From: Planctomycetota bacterium | Lineage (GTDB): Bacteria > Planctomycetota > GCA-002687715 > CAIWVZ01 | DNA: 64,000 bases | Assembly: GCA_044222185.1 (NCBI GenBank) | Contig: JBGANV010000006.1 | Coordinates: 288,001-352,000 of the forward strand | Reading direction: 5' to 3' | In this document: one piece after another, positions 36,907 through 46,369 of the stretch | How the letters are laid out: every line of letters starts with the position of its first letter | Numbering within the stretch: the first letter of the stretch is position 1 | Translations under genes and position numbers: made by a program | The notes under the pieces: model-generated | Databases searched by the model: none | Told to the model about the DNA's origin: nothing | What the model saw: the letters and a program-made list of their open reading frames with translations, nothing else

Positions 36907-39588
36907 ATGGAGTCGACCGTGGGACGACGTGTCGTTTTGGCTGTCGGGAGCGTCCTCGTCATTGCTGGAGCCATGTTCTGGCTTCTCGACCACGGCACCG
37001 GGCGCGCGTCCGATCTCAGTGCGGGTGGGCCGGCGCCGTTGATTCCTCCGCCCGAGCGCCCTCCGCCGGCGCAGGCCTCGACCGGCGTCGTCACGGCGCA
37101 GCCCTTCGACGTGCGTTCCGAGTCCTCGCCGTCGGCCGCGGCCAGCCGGCCTGCGACGGGCGCATCACTGACCGTTCGCCTCACGTGGGGTGACGATCAC
37201 TCGCCGGCAACGGGGGTTTTCGTTCACGTGGTGGAGTGGGGCGCACGCAGCGGAGTGCGCAAGACCCGCGAACTGCAGTCCGACGACCGCGGCATCATCC
37301 TCATGACCGACCTCGCGCCGGGGCACGTCGGGATGTACGTCGATCGCGGAGGCGGCAAGACCGTGACCCTGAAAGCGGGTGACGCGATGACCGTCGAGAT
37401 CGAGATCCCGGCGGGCCCCACGGTCGCCGGTGCGGTCGTCGATCTGGACGGAAAGCCCGTGGGCGGCGCGGACGTCTGGCTCTCGGACTATGGCAACCAG
37501 ACTGAAGGTCGGGTGGTGGCCAGGACGGATGCTCGCGGCTCGTTCATGCTCCGCTGCGTCACGCCGATGCGGTGGGTCGCGGCGCGTGCCGAGGGCCATG
37601 CCGCGTCGGGCGCGTACCTGATCGACGAGGCGAAGCCGCGAGAGACGGTGACCGTGCGATTGCGCCTCGGCGGGCCCGCCGGCGTCGTTCGTGGGACGGT
37701 CGCGCGAGCCGATGGGTCTTCGGTCGAAGGTGCGACGGTCCGCGTCGTTTCCCTGTCGGCGCGGTCGGTGAACCAGGGTGCCGAGGATCCGCCACCGCCG
37801 GTGGTGATGCGAAGCGGGGTCGACGGCACGTTCGTCGCGGCAAGCCTCCCGGCCGGGACGACGTCCGTCCAGGTGCGCTCTCCGGGGCTCGCGCCCTTCA
37901 AGCAGGGCGTCGACGTCAAGGCCGGAGAGACCATCGACTTGAAGGTGGTCCTCGGCCGCGGCGCCACCGTGGTCGGAAGCGTGCGGACGGCGGATGGGAA
38001 GCCCGCCGCGAAGGCCTTCGTCGGGATCGGGTCGTACGGCGACTTCATGTCGTCGTCGACGGACGCCGGCGCCGACGGCTCGTTCCACATCGACAGCCTC
38101 GCCGCGGGCACCATCGAGATCCGGACGGAAGTCCGCGGGCTCGGCAAGGCGAAGGCGTCTCTGGCGTGCGCGGAGGGATCCGAGGTCCGGTGGGACGCCG
38201 TCCTGGATCCCGGCCTGCAGATCGTCGGATTCGTGCGCGATGCGAACGACCAGCCGCTCGTGGATTGGATCGTCAATGCGACGATCATGAAGGAGCACGG
38301 GCCTTGGGCCGGACAGGCCACGACGAATCGCGACGGCCGATTCGCCATCACGAACTGCCCGCCGCAGAAGCGCTTCCACGTCGAGGTCCTCGACCGGAAC
38401 GCGGGTTTCGGCGCGCAGGCGATCAAGGCGACCAAGGACGACGTGGAGCCCAGCTCGTTCGAGCACGTCTTCAAGATCGCGGTCGCGCTCGGCCCGGCGC
38501 TGAAGGGGCGCCTCGTGGATCCCGATGGGAAGCCTCTGGCTGCCGTCGTTCGTGCGACGCCGCTCGGCGGCAACGGCGGCGCTTCCGCGAACACCGAGTC
38601 GGCGTCGGCGACGGGCGCCTTCGCGTTCGCTTCGCTCGTCCCCGGCACGTGGCGCGTCGTCGTCGAACGCGCGCCCGTCGGCGTCCACGATCTCGGCGAG
38701 CTGACGATCGACGCCGGCAAGCCTCGTGACCTGGGAGACGTCATGCTGCGACCGCTCGGCACCCTCGTCATCGACCTGGACGACGCGGAGACGCAGGGGC
38801 CGCAGGTGAACTACGAGATCCGTCCCACGCTTCCGCCGAGCGAGCCCCACGACGGGGTTCGGTGGAGCGCGTGGGCCCCGTCGCTCAAGTCCGCCCACGT
38901 CGACCTGCCGAAACCGCTGTCGCTCGCTCCGGGCGCGTACACCGTCGTCGTCACCGGTCCACGCATCGAGGCCCAGTCACTCTCGTTCGAAGTGAATCCG
39001 GGACAGGAGACGCGCGTCCGGGTGCAGCCGAACGTGGGCGTCCCGTGCACGGTCCGCTTCGTCGCGTCGCCCGGCGACGCGCTGCCGCGGGTGCGCTGGC
39101 AGGTCTCGGCCGAGCTGGCGGGCGGCGTCACGCGAAGCGGAACGGTCGACCCGGCCTCGGGCGGCGAGCCGGTCGCCGCGATGACTCTTCCCCCGGGCGC
39201 CTACCGACTCCACGCCTCCACCGTCACCGGGATGAACGTCGAGAAGTCGTTCGAGATCGCTCCCGGCTCGGTGCGCCAGGATCTCGAGGTCGCGGTCCCG
39301 CCATCCTGGCCGGCGGACGGGATCCCCGTGACGTTCCGGTTCACGATGCCGGACGGTGGAAAGCCCGCCGCGATCGAGTTCCTCGTGGCTCCGGGCCGCT
39401 CGAAGCGACCGGTTGGCGGTGGGGTCGCGTCGCGCACAGCCTCCGGCTCGTTCGAAGGGCGCGGGCGACTTTCCGCGGGCACCTACATCATCGCCGTGGT
39501 CCAGGACGCGTCGCGGAACGTGTACCCCTGCACGATCGACGATGGCGCGAAGGAGGCGGTCGTCGACATCAGGTTGGGCGAGAGATGA
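36907..39588 (+). CDS. Membrane-anchored carboxypeptidase-regulatory-like repeat protein
   Basis: N-terminal TM then repeated G.V.D.DG.PV.GA.V...TD..G.F units. Confidence 0.85.
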   Translation: MESTVGRRVVLAVGSVLVIAGAMFWLLDHGTGRASDLSAGGPAPLIPPPERPPPAQASTGVVTAQPFDVRSESSPSAAASRPATGASLTVRLTWGDDHSPATGVFVHVVEWGARSGVRKTRELQSDDRGIILMTDLAPGHVGMYVDRGGGKTVTLKAGDAMTVEIEIPAGPTVAGAVVDLDGKPVGGADVWLSDYGNQTEGRVVARTDARGSFMLRCVTPMRWVAARAEGHAASGAYLIDEAKPRETVTVRLRLGGPAGVVRGTVARADGSSVEGATVRVVSLSARSVNQGAEDPPPPVVMRSGVDGTFVAASLPAGTTSVQVRSPGLAPFKQGVDVKAGETIDLKVVLGRGATVVGSVRTADGKPAAKAFVGIGSYGDFMSSSTDAGADGSFHIDSLAAGTIEIRTEVRGLGKAKASLACAEGSEVRWDAVLDPGLQIVGFVRDANDQPLVDWIVNATIMKEHGPWAGQATTNRDGRFAITNCPPQKRFHVEVLDRNAGFGAQAIKATKDDVEPSSFEHVFKIAVALGPALKGRLVDPDGKPLAAVVRATPLGGNGGASANTESASATGAFAFASLVPGTWRVVVERAPVGVHDLGELTIDAGKPRDLGDVMLRPLGTLVIDLDDAETQGPQVNYEIRPTLPPSEPHDGVRWSAWAPSLKSAHVDLPKPLSLAPGAYTVVVTGPRIEAQSLSFEVNPGQETRVRVQPNVGVPCTVRFVASPGDALPRVRWQVSAELAGGVTRSGTVDPASGGEPVAAMTLPPGAYRLHASTVTGMNVEKSFEIAPGSVRQDLEVAVPPSWPADGIPVTFRFTMPDGGKPAAIEFLVAPGRSKRPVGGGVASRTASGSFEGRGRLSAGTYIIAVVQDASRNVYPCTIDDGAKEAVVDIRLGER

Positions 39589-39675
39589 TCGCCGCGCGGC
39601 CCCGCTTCCTCGGCGGCCGCGCCAGCACTGAGGGTGTCTGTCGCCGGTGCGTCCGCTCGGTCGGCACCCGATCCG

Positions 39676-41034
39676 TCAGTGGATGATCCCCCGGTGCGAG
39701 TTCGTGATGCTGCGGATGAGCGGCTGGCTGTAGGCCGGCATGCCCGGGCGTGCCGTCGCGCCGCCGAAGAACAAGGCCGCGCCCGGAACCGAAGGGATCA
39801 CGGGCGTCTGAATCACGACCTCGCCGGTTGGGCCTGCGGTCCCAAGCGCCAGCGGCACGGCGTTCACCCACATCGTCGTGGCGATGTCCGGCCAGATCGG
39901 AATGTCGCCCACGGGTGAGTTGATCCCGGGTGCCGTCGTGAGGCAGAGACCGACGATGTAGTCGTCGCCTGGGCGCGCGCGCAGCAGCAGGCTTGGCGTC
40001 GTGCCGGCGATGAACTCGCCCTGCGCGAGCACGATCTGCGGGCGAAACAGCTCGATGTGAACCGTGGGCGTTGAGTTGCCGGCGCCTGCCTCCAGCGTCA
40101 CGGTGCGCGGATCCGTCGCCGACCCGGTGAACGTGCTGCTGATGAGGACGGCCGAATCCAGCGGGATCGGTGGAGAGCCGGGCCCGAACGTCACGAGGAG
40201 ATGCAGGATCCCGGTGATGACGTGGGTCACGGGCGCAAAAAGGAGGAACGACGGGTTCGCCGGGTCGACGGCGAAGCTCGCACCCGTCGCAGGCGCCGCG
40301 ATGCCCATGTCGACCACGCGGTAGAGGTTCGGGTTGGCGTTGGACCGTTGAAGGCCGAGGCCGCCCGTGAGCGTGTTGCTCGCGGTGCCGATCCACGACG
40401 TCGACGGCTTCACGACCGTCTCCCACACCGTCGACGGCGGGTAGAAGTCCTGCTTCATGTTCACGTGACACGAGAGCGTGAATGCAGAGCACGTGAGCAC
40501 GCCGTCGAGACGGACGATGCTGTGGTAATGGCTCGGGATCACGATGCCACTGACCTGGAGCGTGCCCGGATACGTCGTCGTCGCGGCCCCGGGCGTCCCC
40601 GGTGTCACGGCGATCTCCGTGTTCAGAGTGAGCGTCAGCCAGGATCCGTCGACGAAGCGCACGACGGGCGGTTGCGACGACTGCAGCGTGCCCGGCGGCG
40701 AGCCGGGTTGAGGTCGCATCGTGATCCCGAGCCTCGTCGAGGGGTCGATCGCCGCCATCTCGAACTCCACGACGTTCCAGGTGTTCGGCGTGGGGGGAGG
40801 CAGGAAATCGATCAGGAAGAAGGCGCCCTTGTTGTCGCGAAGCGGTTCGGCGAAATCTGCGCTGACGGGAGTCATGACGCCGCCGATCGGAAGGGATCCC
40901 ACGAGGGAACTCGTCTGGGGTGAGTTGATGTCCCCGTCGGGCACCAGCCAGAAGTTCGAGAGGTTCTGGGCCTCGAGGGCGGCGCTGACCAGGAGGGCGA
41001 CGACGAGGGGGCGGATCAAGATTCGTCCTGTCAT
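39676..41034 (-). CDS. Secreted hypothetical protein with C-terminal beta domain
   Basis: Signal peptide ending LEA-Q; Thr/Pro/Gly-rich beta composition. Confidence 0.75.
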   Translation of the reverse strand: MTGRILIRPLVVALLVSAALEAQNLSNFWLVPDGDINSPQTSSLVGSLPIGGVMTPVSADFAEPLRDNKGAFFLIDFLPPPTPNTWNVVEFEMAAIDPSTRLGITMRPQPGSPPGTLQSSQPPVVRFVDGSWLTLTLNTEIAVTPGTPGAATTTYPGTLQVSGIVIPSHYHSIVRLDGVLTCSAFTLSCHVNMKQDFYPPSTVWETVVKPSTSWIGTASNTLTGGLGLQRSNANPNLYRVVDMGIAAPATGASFAVDPANPSFLLFAPVTHVITGILHLLVTFGPGSPPIPLDSAVLISSTFTGSATDPRTVTLEAGAGNSTPTVHIELFRPQIVLAQGEFIAGTTPSLLLRARPGDDYIVGLCLTTAPGINSPVGDIPIWPDIATTMWVNAVPLALGTAGPTGEVVIQTPVIPSVPGAALFFGGATARPGMPAYSQPLIRSITNSHRGIIH

Positions 41035-41212
41035 CGCGGGTTTCCGGTGGAGCCTCGTCGCACCATGGCTCGGGTCGCGGGCCGCGAATCGTATCATCCC
41101 GCCTGCGCCCGCGTCGTCGGCGTGAGGCGCGCGCGAGTCGACGATGAAATGTCCCCTTCGGCAGTCACTTTGGCACGCCCGTTCGAACGACGGGTGCTCG
41201 CTTCGGCTGATC

Positions 41213-42598
41213 ATGGTCGTGTCCCTGGCGTTCGCCGTCGGCGCCACGGGGATGGCCCAACAGGACGATCTGTCGATCGCGCGCGCTGCCGTGCAGGCGG
41301 GGAAGACCGGCGTCGCGGTGGATGCCTTCGGCAGGTGGTTGACGATGCATCCCACGGACGTCGACGTCCTTCGTGAGGCGTCGCGGTTCGCGAAACAGGA
41401 GCGCCGACTCTACGAAGCCGCCGCCTGGTTGCAGCGGCTGGTCGAGCAGGACCCGGGAAGTCCGGCCAACCTCTACGACCTCGCAGCGACGCGATTCACA
41501 CAGGGCCGCTTCGAGCTCGCGATTCCACTCCTCCGCCAGATGGAAGCCCTCGAATCCACGACCCCGTCGCTGGCGACGCGGTCCGAACACTATTTTCTCC
41601 ATGGAGATGCGGCGCGCCGGATCGAGCAATGGGGTGAGGCGCTTGCCGCGCTCGAGATCGCGGTCGCGAGGGCTCCCGATCGCCGCGAGTACCGCCGCAT
41701 CTACGCCGAGAGCCTTCACAGCTCCGGCCGTTTCGAGGAGGCGGCGGCGCAGTTCCAGAACCTCGTTCGGGAGGAGCCGCGGGCAGACAACTACTACGGG
41801 CTCGCGGTGGCGTTGGGGGAACAGAACAAGCTCGCCGACGCCGTGACAAACCTCCGCGAAGCTCGCCGCCTGAAGCCCAAGGAACCTCGGACCCTGGCGA
41901 AGCTTGGAACGTATTGCATGCGACGCAACGAGCTGAGGTTCGCCGAGTCGTTCCTGCTCGAGGCGCAGGAAGTCGCCCCGAAGAACGTCGAGACGCTCTT
42001 CGCTCTCGCGCAGGTCTACCGCCTTCAGGGACGCGCAGCGGAGGCGGCGGAGGTTCGCGCGCTCGGCGAGAAGTCGCAGGCGGAACTCGACGCCGCTCGC
42101 GAGCGCGACCGAGTGTTCCGCCGCGCGCGCGTCAACGACCCGGAGAACCTGGCTGCGCACGTCACGTTCGGATTGGACCTGCTCCAGCAAGGCCGTTTCG
42201 ACGACGCGCAGTTGATCTTCCAGCAGATCCTCTCGTTCGCGCCCACGCACGAGCTGTCGATCCTGAACCTGTCGAGTCTCCTGGCGCAAGGCGGAGACAT
42301 GAAGGGCGCGATCCAGGAAGTGACGAAGTTGTTCGACGTGGATCCGAAGCACCCGATCGCGAGCCTTCAGATGGGGCGCCTGCTCATGCGCATGCGCGAC
42401 CCGGGCGCGGCAATCACCCATTTGAAGGTGGCGCTCGAGCGCAACGAGAAGAACCGAGAAGTGCACGAAGCACTGGCGGTCTGCTTCAAGGCGTTGGGCA
42501 ACGTCGAGGAGGCCGAGCGCCACGCGGCCCGCGCGCGATCCCTCGTCGCCGTGGAGTCGCAGCCGGCGGCCGAGTCTGCGCCCACGTCGCGCAGGTGA
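41213..42598 (+). CDS. Tetratricopeptide repeat protein, exported
   Basis: Multiple TPR-like units; N-terminal hydrophobic segment; start may be 41144. Confidence 0.88.
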   Translation: MVVSLAFAVGATGMAQQDDLSIARAAVQAGKTGVAVDAFGRWLTMHPTDVDVLREASRFAKQERRLYEAAAWLQRLVEQDPGSPANLYDLAATRFTQGRFELAIPLLRQMEALESTTPSLATRSEHYFLHGDAARRIEQWGEALAALEIAVARAPDRREYRRIYAESLHSSGRFEEAAAQFQNLVREEPRADNYYGLAVALGEQNKLADAVTNLREARRLKPKEPRTLAKLGTYCMRRNELRFAESFLLEAQEVAPKNVETLFALAQVYRLQGRAAEAAEVRALGEKSQAELDAARERDRVFRRARVNDPENLAAHVTFGLDLLQQGRFDDAQLIFQQILSFAPTHELSILNLSSLLAQGGDMKGAIQEVTKLFDVDPKHPIASLQMGRLLMRMRDPGAAITHLKVALERNEKNREVHEALAVCFKALGNVEEAERHAARARSLVAVESQPAAESAPTSRR

Positions 42599-42607
42599 GG
42601 AGGACGG

Positions 42608-43105
42608 GTGACGGATTCGAACGGCGAGATCACGGCGGCCTTCGGGATCCTGGAGGAGGACGAGAGCCTGCTCCTCGTCTCCGAGCATCGTCGGCTGCAC
42701 GACGCGCCGCAGCTCTGCTGGGATCTGCCCGGCGGCGGAGTGGAGCGCGGGGAGTCCCTCGAGGAAGCGCTGATCCGCGAGTTTCGCGAGGAGACGGGCC
42801 TCGCCATCGCCGTGACCGACCTTGCGTTCTTCATCGAACGCTTCGGCTTCAGGTCGAACGACCCGACGCGACGAGGTCGTTTCTACTTCTTTCACGTATC
42901 TCGGGTCGGCGGCGAGCTACGTCCGCGCGATGCCGAGATCCTCGAGGCGGCCATGGTCCCCTGGGGCGAGGTCCGGCGACGGTGCGTGCAGGACTACCAC
43001 GCGGAGTTCTGGCGCTGGGTCGACGGGGGGCGGCGACACCGGTATTTCCTATCGGTTCGTGACCCGGCAGGGCGCCTCCGTGTCCTCGACCGTGGACGCT
43101 CCTGA
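42608..43105 (+). CDS. NUDIX hydrolase
   Basis: PGGGVERGESLEEALIREFREETG Nudix box; GAGGAGG RBS. Confidence 0.92.
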   Translation: MTDSNGEITAAFGILEEDESLLLVSEHRRLHDAPQLCWDLPGGGVERGESLEEALIREFREETGLAIAVTDLAFFIERFGFRSNDPTRRGRFYFFHVSRVGGELRPRDAEILEAAMVPWGEVRRRCVQDYHAEFWRWVDGGRRHRYFLSVRDPAGRLRVLDRGRS

Positions 43106-43363
43106 CTGAGACAGGCCCGGCCGCGGGGCGTGATCCCCAGCGGGAACGTGGCGTTCGGCCGAGACGGGGGGCTTCGGCACGCCCCATGCAGTTGCAGAGA
43201 CGATGGAACGTGCTCGCAAGCCTGTGTTCACGCACTGGCGGTCGATATCGTGCCGCACTCATGGGCCACGCCGGCACCGTCCGGCCTCGCGACCCGGTTC
43301 CGACTCGCTCGCGCTGCCAAGGACGGCGGCACCCGCCGAGAAGAACCCACGGGGGAACAACAC

Positions 43364-43888
43364 ATGACGAAGAAACTCATCATCATCGGTCTCACTCTGG
43401 TCCTCTGCCTGCAAGGCTGCAGGAACTGGGACGAGCGCCACTCCGACGGTGCCGTCATCGGCGGTCTCGCGGGCGCAGGCGCCGGCGCGTTGATCGGCTC
43501 GAAGACGGGATCCTGGGGGTGGGGAATGGGGATCGGCGCCGTGGCCGGCGCGGCACTCGGATACGCGATCGCGGACAGCACCGAGGATCGCCACGAGGTT
43601 CGTTCCGCCCCGCCGCCTGTCTACGCGGACGACTCCGCGCGCCGGCGTGAGGAGGCCGACCGCAACTTCCGGATCGCCATGGAGGCGAGGGACTCCGCCA
43701 CGTCCGAGTACCACCTGAAGCGGAGCATCGAGGCGTACCCGACGCCCGCGGCCTACAACAACCTGGGAATCCTCTACCTCAACAACGGCGACCGGGATGC
43801 TGCGCGCCAGAACTTCCGCGAGGCGATCGCCCTCGACCCTCACTACGACCCGGCGTTGAAGAACCTGGAGCGCCTCGGGTCCTCGTGA
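43364..43888 (+). CDS. Lipoprotein with glycine zipper and TPR
   Basis: LQGC lipobox, GAVIGGLAGAGAGALIG zipper, AYNNLG TPR. Confidence 0.85.
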   Translation: MTKKLIIIGLTLVLCLQGCRNWDERHSDGAVIGGLAGAGAGALIGSKTGSWGWGMGIGAVAGAALGYAIADSTEDRHEVRSAPPPVYADDSARRREEADRNFRIAMEARDSATSEYHLKRSIEAYPTPAAYNNLGILYLNNGDRDAARQNFREAIALDPHYDPALKNLERLGSS

Positions 43889-43909
43889 GCGCGGCGCGTT
43901 CGCGCCCGC

Positions 43910-44494
43910 TCACCACGAGTGGACTTGGAAGAAGCGGACGGGCGTTCCGAGCGTGCGCGAGATCATCTCGAGCCCCGAGGCGACGGCTTCGACGCGGTTG
44001 CTGGTCTCGCCCTCGAAGATGAACGCCACGTGGGCGAATCCGCCGGAGCGCCCCCAGTCGGCCTCGAGCGCGTTGTTGCCCTTGCCGCAGTGGTAGCACT
44101 CCATCGTCATCATGGGATCGTCGACCGGGCGGCCGTCGCGCAGCGCCCAGAACGCATCCTGGGCGCAGTTGTAGGGAAGCTCGGAGGTGCAGTAGATGCA
44201 TGCGACCGGCTCCAGGTTGTCGCCCGCGTACCCGACGATCTCACCGTCGTGCACCTTGAAGACCATCTTGCCCGGGTCACAGCCGAATCCGTCGTCGAGC
44301 TTCCGCGGATCGGGGTCCTTGAAGAGGCTCGTGTAGTTGGGCCCGTTACGCAGACTGGACGGGTCGGCGGGGTTGCCCTGCACGATGCCTGCGGCGAGGA
44401 GCTCGGCGACGACGGCCTGGACGCTCTCGCGCGCCGGGTGGACCCTGGGATCGGTGGGAATGAAGCAGACGTATTTCCGGCTCATCGGGTCCAT
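43910..44494 (-). CDS. Hypothetical protein with two CxxC motifs
   Basis: CIYC and CYHC; strong GC3 bias; GGAG RBS. Confidence 0.75.
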   Translation of the reverse strand: MDPMSRKYVCFIPTDPRVHPARESVQAVVAELLAAGIVQGNPADPSSLRNGPNYTSLFKDPDPRKLDDGFGCDPGKMVFKVHDGEIVGYAGDNLEPVACIYCTSELPYNCAQDAFWALRDGRPVDDPMMTMECYHCGKGNNALEADWGRSGGFAHVAFIFEGETSNRVEAVASGLEMISRTLGTPVRFFQVHSW

Positions 44495-44561
44495 GGCGCT
44501 CCAAGTGGGCGTCGGGTGCAGACGCGAGCGCGGATGTTAGCCGGTAACATGCGGCTCTCCC

Positions 44562-45296
44562 ATGCCGCACGAACGCGTACCCCTCGACGCACCGCTCGCT
44601 GACTTCCGCACCGTCGATCGTCGTGCCGCGTTCGCGCTCGTGTACTGCGCCGTCGTCCTCAGCGTCATGGAGTTCTGGTGCCTCTCGGTTCGCGTGTTCC
44701 GCGCCGACTGGTACGACGCGCTGGACTTCGGGCATCGAGACTTCTACTCGGGCCTCACGTGGGCCGCGTCGACTTTCTTCTTTTTTCTTGTAGCGCCGGC
44801 GATCCTGGTCCGATTCACCCATCGGGAGCCGTTGACGTCGATCGGCTGGAGCGTGCGCGGGTTCTTCCGCCACCTTCCGATCTACGTGGGGCTCTACGTC
44901 CTGATGCTGCCCGTGCTGCACCAGGTCTCGAAGCGCGCTGATTTCGCGACGACGTATCCGTTCGTGGCGTTGGCGCGCACGGACCCGGCCATGTTCGTCC
45001 GATGGGAAGTCGCCTACGTCATCCAGTTCCTGGCCCTCGAGTCGTTCTTTCGAGGGTACTTGCTGTTCACGCTCGCGCGGTGCATGGGCCTTCTCGCGGT
45101 CCCCGTGATGGTCGTGCCGTACACGATGATTCACTTCCACAAGCCGCCGCTCGAGTGCTTCGGGGCGGTCTTCGCCGGCTTGCTCCTCGGATATCTGGCG
45201 CTGCGATTCCGCTCGTTCTGGGGCGGCGTGCTGCTGCACGGGGCCGTGGCCGTGACCATGGACTTCCTCGCCGTGCGTCAGAACTTCGGCTGGTGA
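44562..45296 (+). CDS. CPBP (CAAX/Abi) intramembrane metalloprotease
   Basis: LESFFRG, MIHFHKP, LLHG motifs in polytopic protein. Confidence 0.85.
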   Translation: MPHERVPLDAPLADFRTVDRRAAFALVYCAVVLSVMEFWCLSVRVFRADWYDALDFGHRDFYSGLTWAASTFFFFLVAPAILVRFTHREPLTSIGWSVRGFFRHLPIYVGLYVLMLPVLHQVSKRADFATTYPFVALARTDPAMFVRWEVAYVIQFLALESFFRGYLLFTLARCMGLLAVPVMVVPYTMIHFHKPPLECFGAVFAGLLLGYLALRFRSFWGGVLLHGAVAVTMDFLAVRQNFGW

Positions 45297-45431
45297 CTCT
45301 CGCGCCCGCTGCGAAGCGGCGCGCGATCCGTGAGTCCTCTTCCACCGGCTCTCCGCCCGAACATTGTTTCGACGGAGTGGCGGAAACGGCGCCATTTCGC
45401 GCGTCACTCCCAGCGGAAAGGAGTCGTGGCC

Positions 45432-46313
45432 ATGAATTCAACGTTGGCCGTTCGTCCACGTGTGTCCGCTGACATGGGGTGGTCGCACGATCGCAACATG
45501 GACTGGTCCGATGCGATCAGGGACTTCGTCGCGCACCTGCGCACGCGCAGCTACAGCCGCCTCACGCTTCGGGACTACCAGGTCGATCTCGCTCAGCTCG
45601 CGACGCTCATCCGCGTTGCGCCCACGGACGTGAGAGCCGGGGACTTCGACGCGATCGCCGCCGAGCTCCACGATCTCGGCTTTGGAGCGTCCGTGCTGCG
45701 GCGCAAGCGTGCGGCACATCGCGCGTTCGTCGACTTCATGGCGACGCGGAACCGCGCGCAGCCGATCTCGCTCGAGCTTTGGCGCGCCGCGACGACGGCA
45801 CCGGCGACCGAGCGTGTGCTCCTGGGGTTGCTGACGGCCGGGGGCGTGCGCCTGGGCGAGATTGCCGCGCTCGAGGGGCGTGACGTCCGGTTGCGCACGG
45901 AAACGCTCGTCGTGCGGCGCGGGATGCGGATCGTGCCGCTGCACCCCGCGCTCGCCGATCTCTTCGTGAACTTCGAGAACGAGGTCCCGCTCATGCCGTA
46001 TCGGCCCCTCCTCGCGGGCCTGAACGGGTTCGCCGTCAACACGCGGACGATGCATGCGCGATTTCGCCGCATGATGGTGCGTCTCGGCCATCCATCGATC
46101 CGGCCGGACGATCTGCGGCGGGACGTGGCCGCGCAGCTCCTCCAACTCGGCACGGCGCCGGGCGTCGTCGGTGCGTTTCTCGGCCGCGACCGCGGGCGGC
46201 CGGTTGCGCCACGCCGCGGGAAGCTCGTCGATCTCACGTCGATGTCGGCGCGGCTGACGGCGATTCCGTTTCCGAGGATCCAGGCGCCGGCCGGTGAGGC
46301 GAGGCCGAAGTGA
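45432..46313 (+). CDS. XerC-like tyrosine recombinase homolog lacking catalytic residues
   Basis: SAM-like N-domain (YSRLTLRDYQVDL), GVRLGE, RIVPL, PDDLRR, FLGR, no downstream Tyr; AAGGAG RBS. Confidence 0.8.
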   Translation: MNSTLAVRPRVSADMGWSHDRNMDWSDAIRDFVAHLRTRSYSRLTLRDYQVDLAQLATLIRVAPTDVRAGDFDAIAAELHDLGFGASVLRRKRAAHRAFVDFMATRNRAQPISLELWRAATTAPATERVLLGLLTAGGVRLGEIAALEGRDVRLRTETLVVRRGMRIVPLHPALADLFVNFENEVPLMPYRPLLAGLNGFAVNTRTMHARFRRMMVRLGHPSIRPDDLRRDVAAQLLQLGTAPGVVGAFLGRDRGRPVAPRRGKLVDLTSMSARLTAIPFPRIQAPAGEARPK

Positions 46314-46369
46314 TGCGTGTCGAAGGGCGGTGCGGTGCCGCGATCTCGACGCGCGAGTCGTCGACGGGA

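Noticed and set aside
44562-45296. CPBP protease or the rhomboids as the sortase for the shared C-terminal domain
   Set aside because: Tails lack the TM plus basic cluster that such sortases process; only loose proximity supports it
45432-46313. Active integrase marking a prophage or ICE
   Set aside because: Catalytic residues absent; no att repeats or mobile genes adjacent
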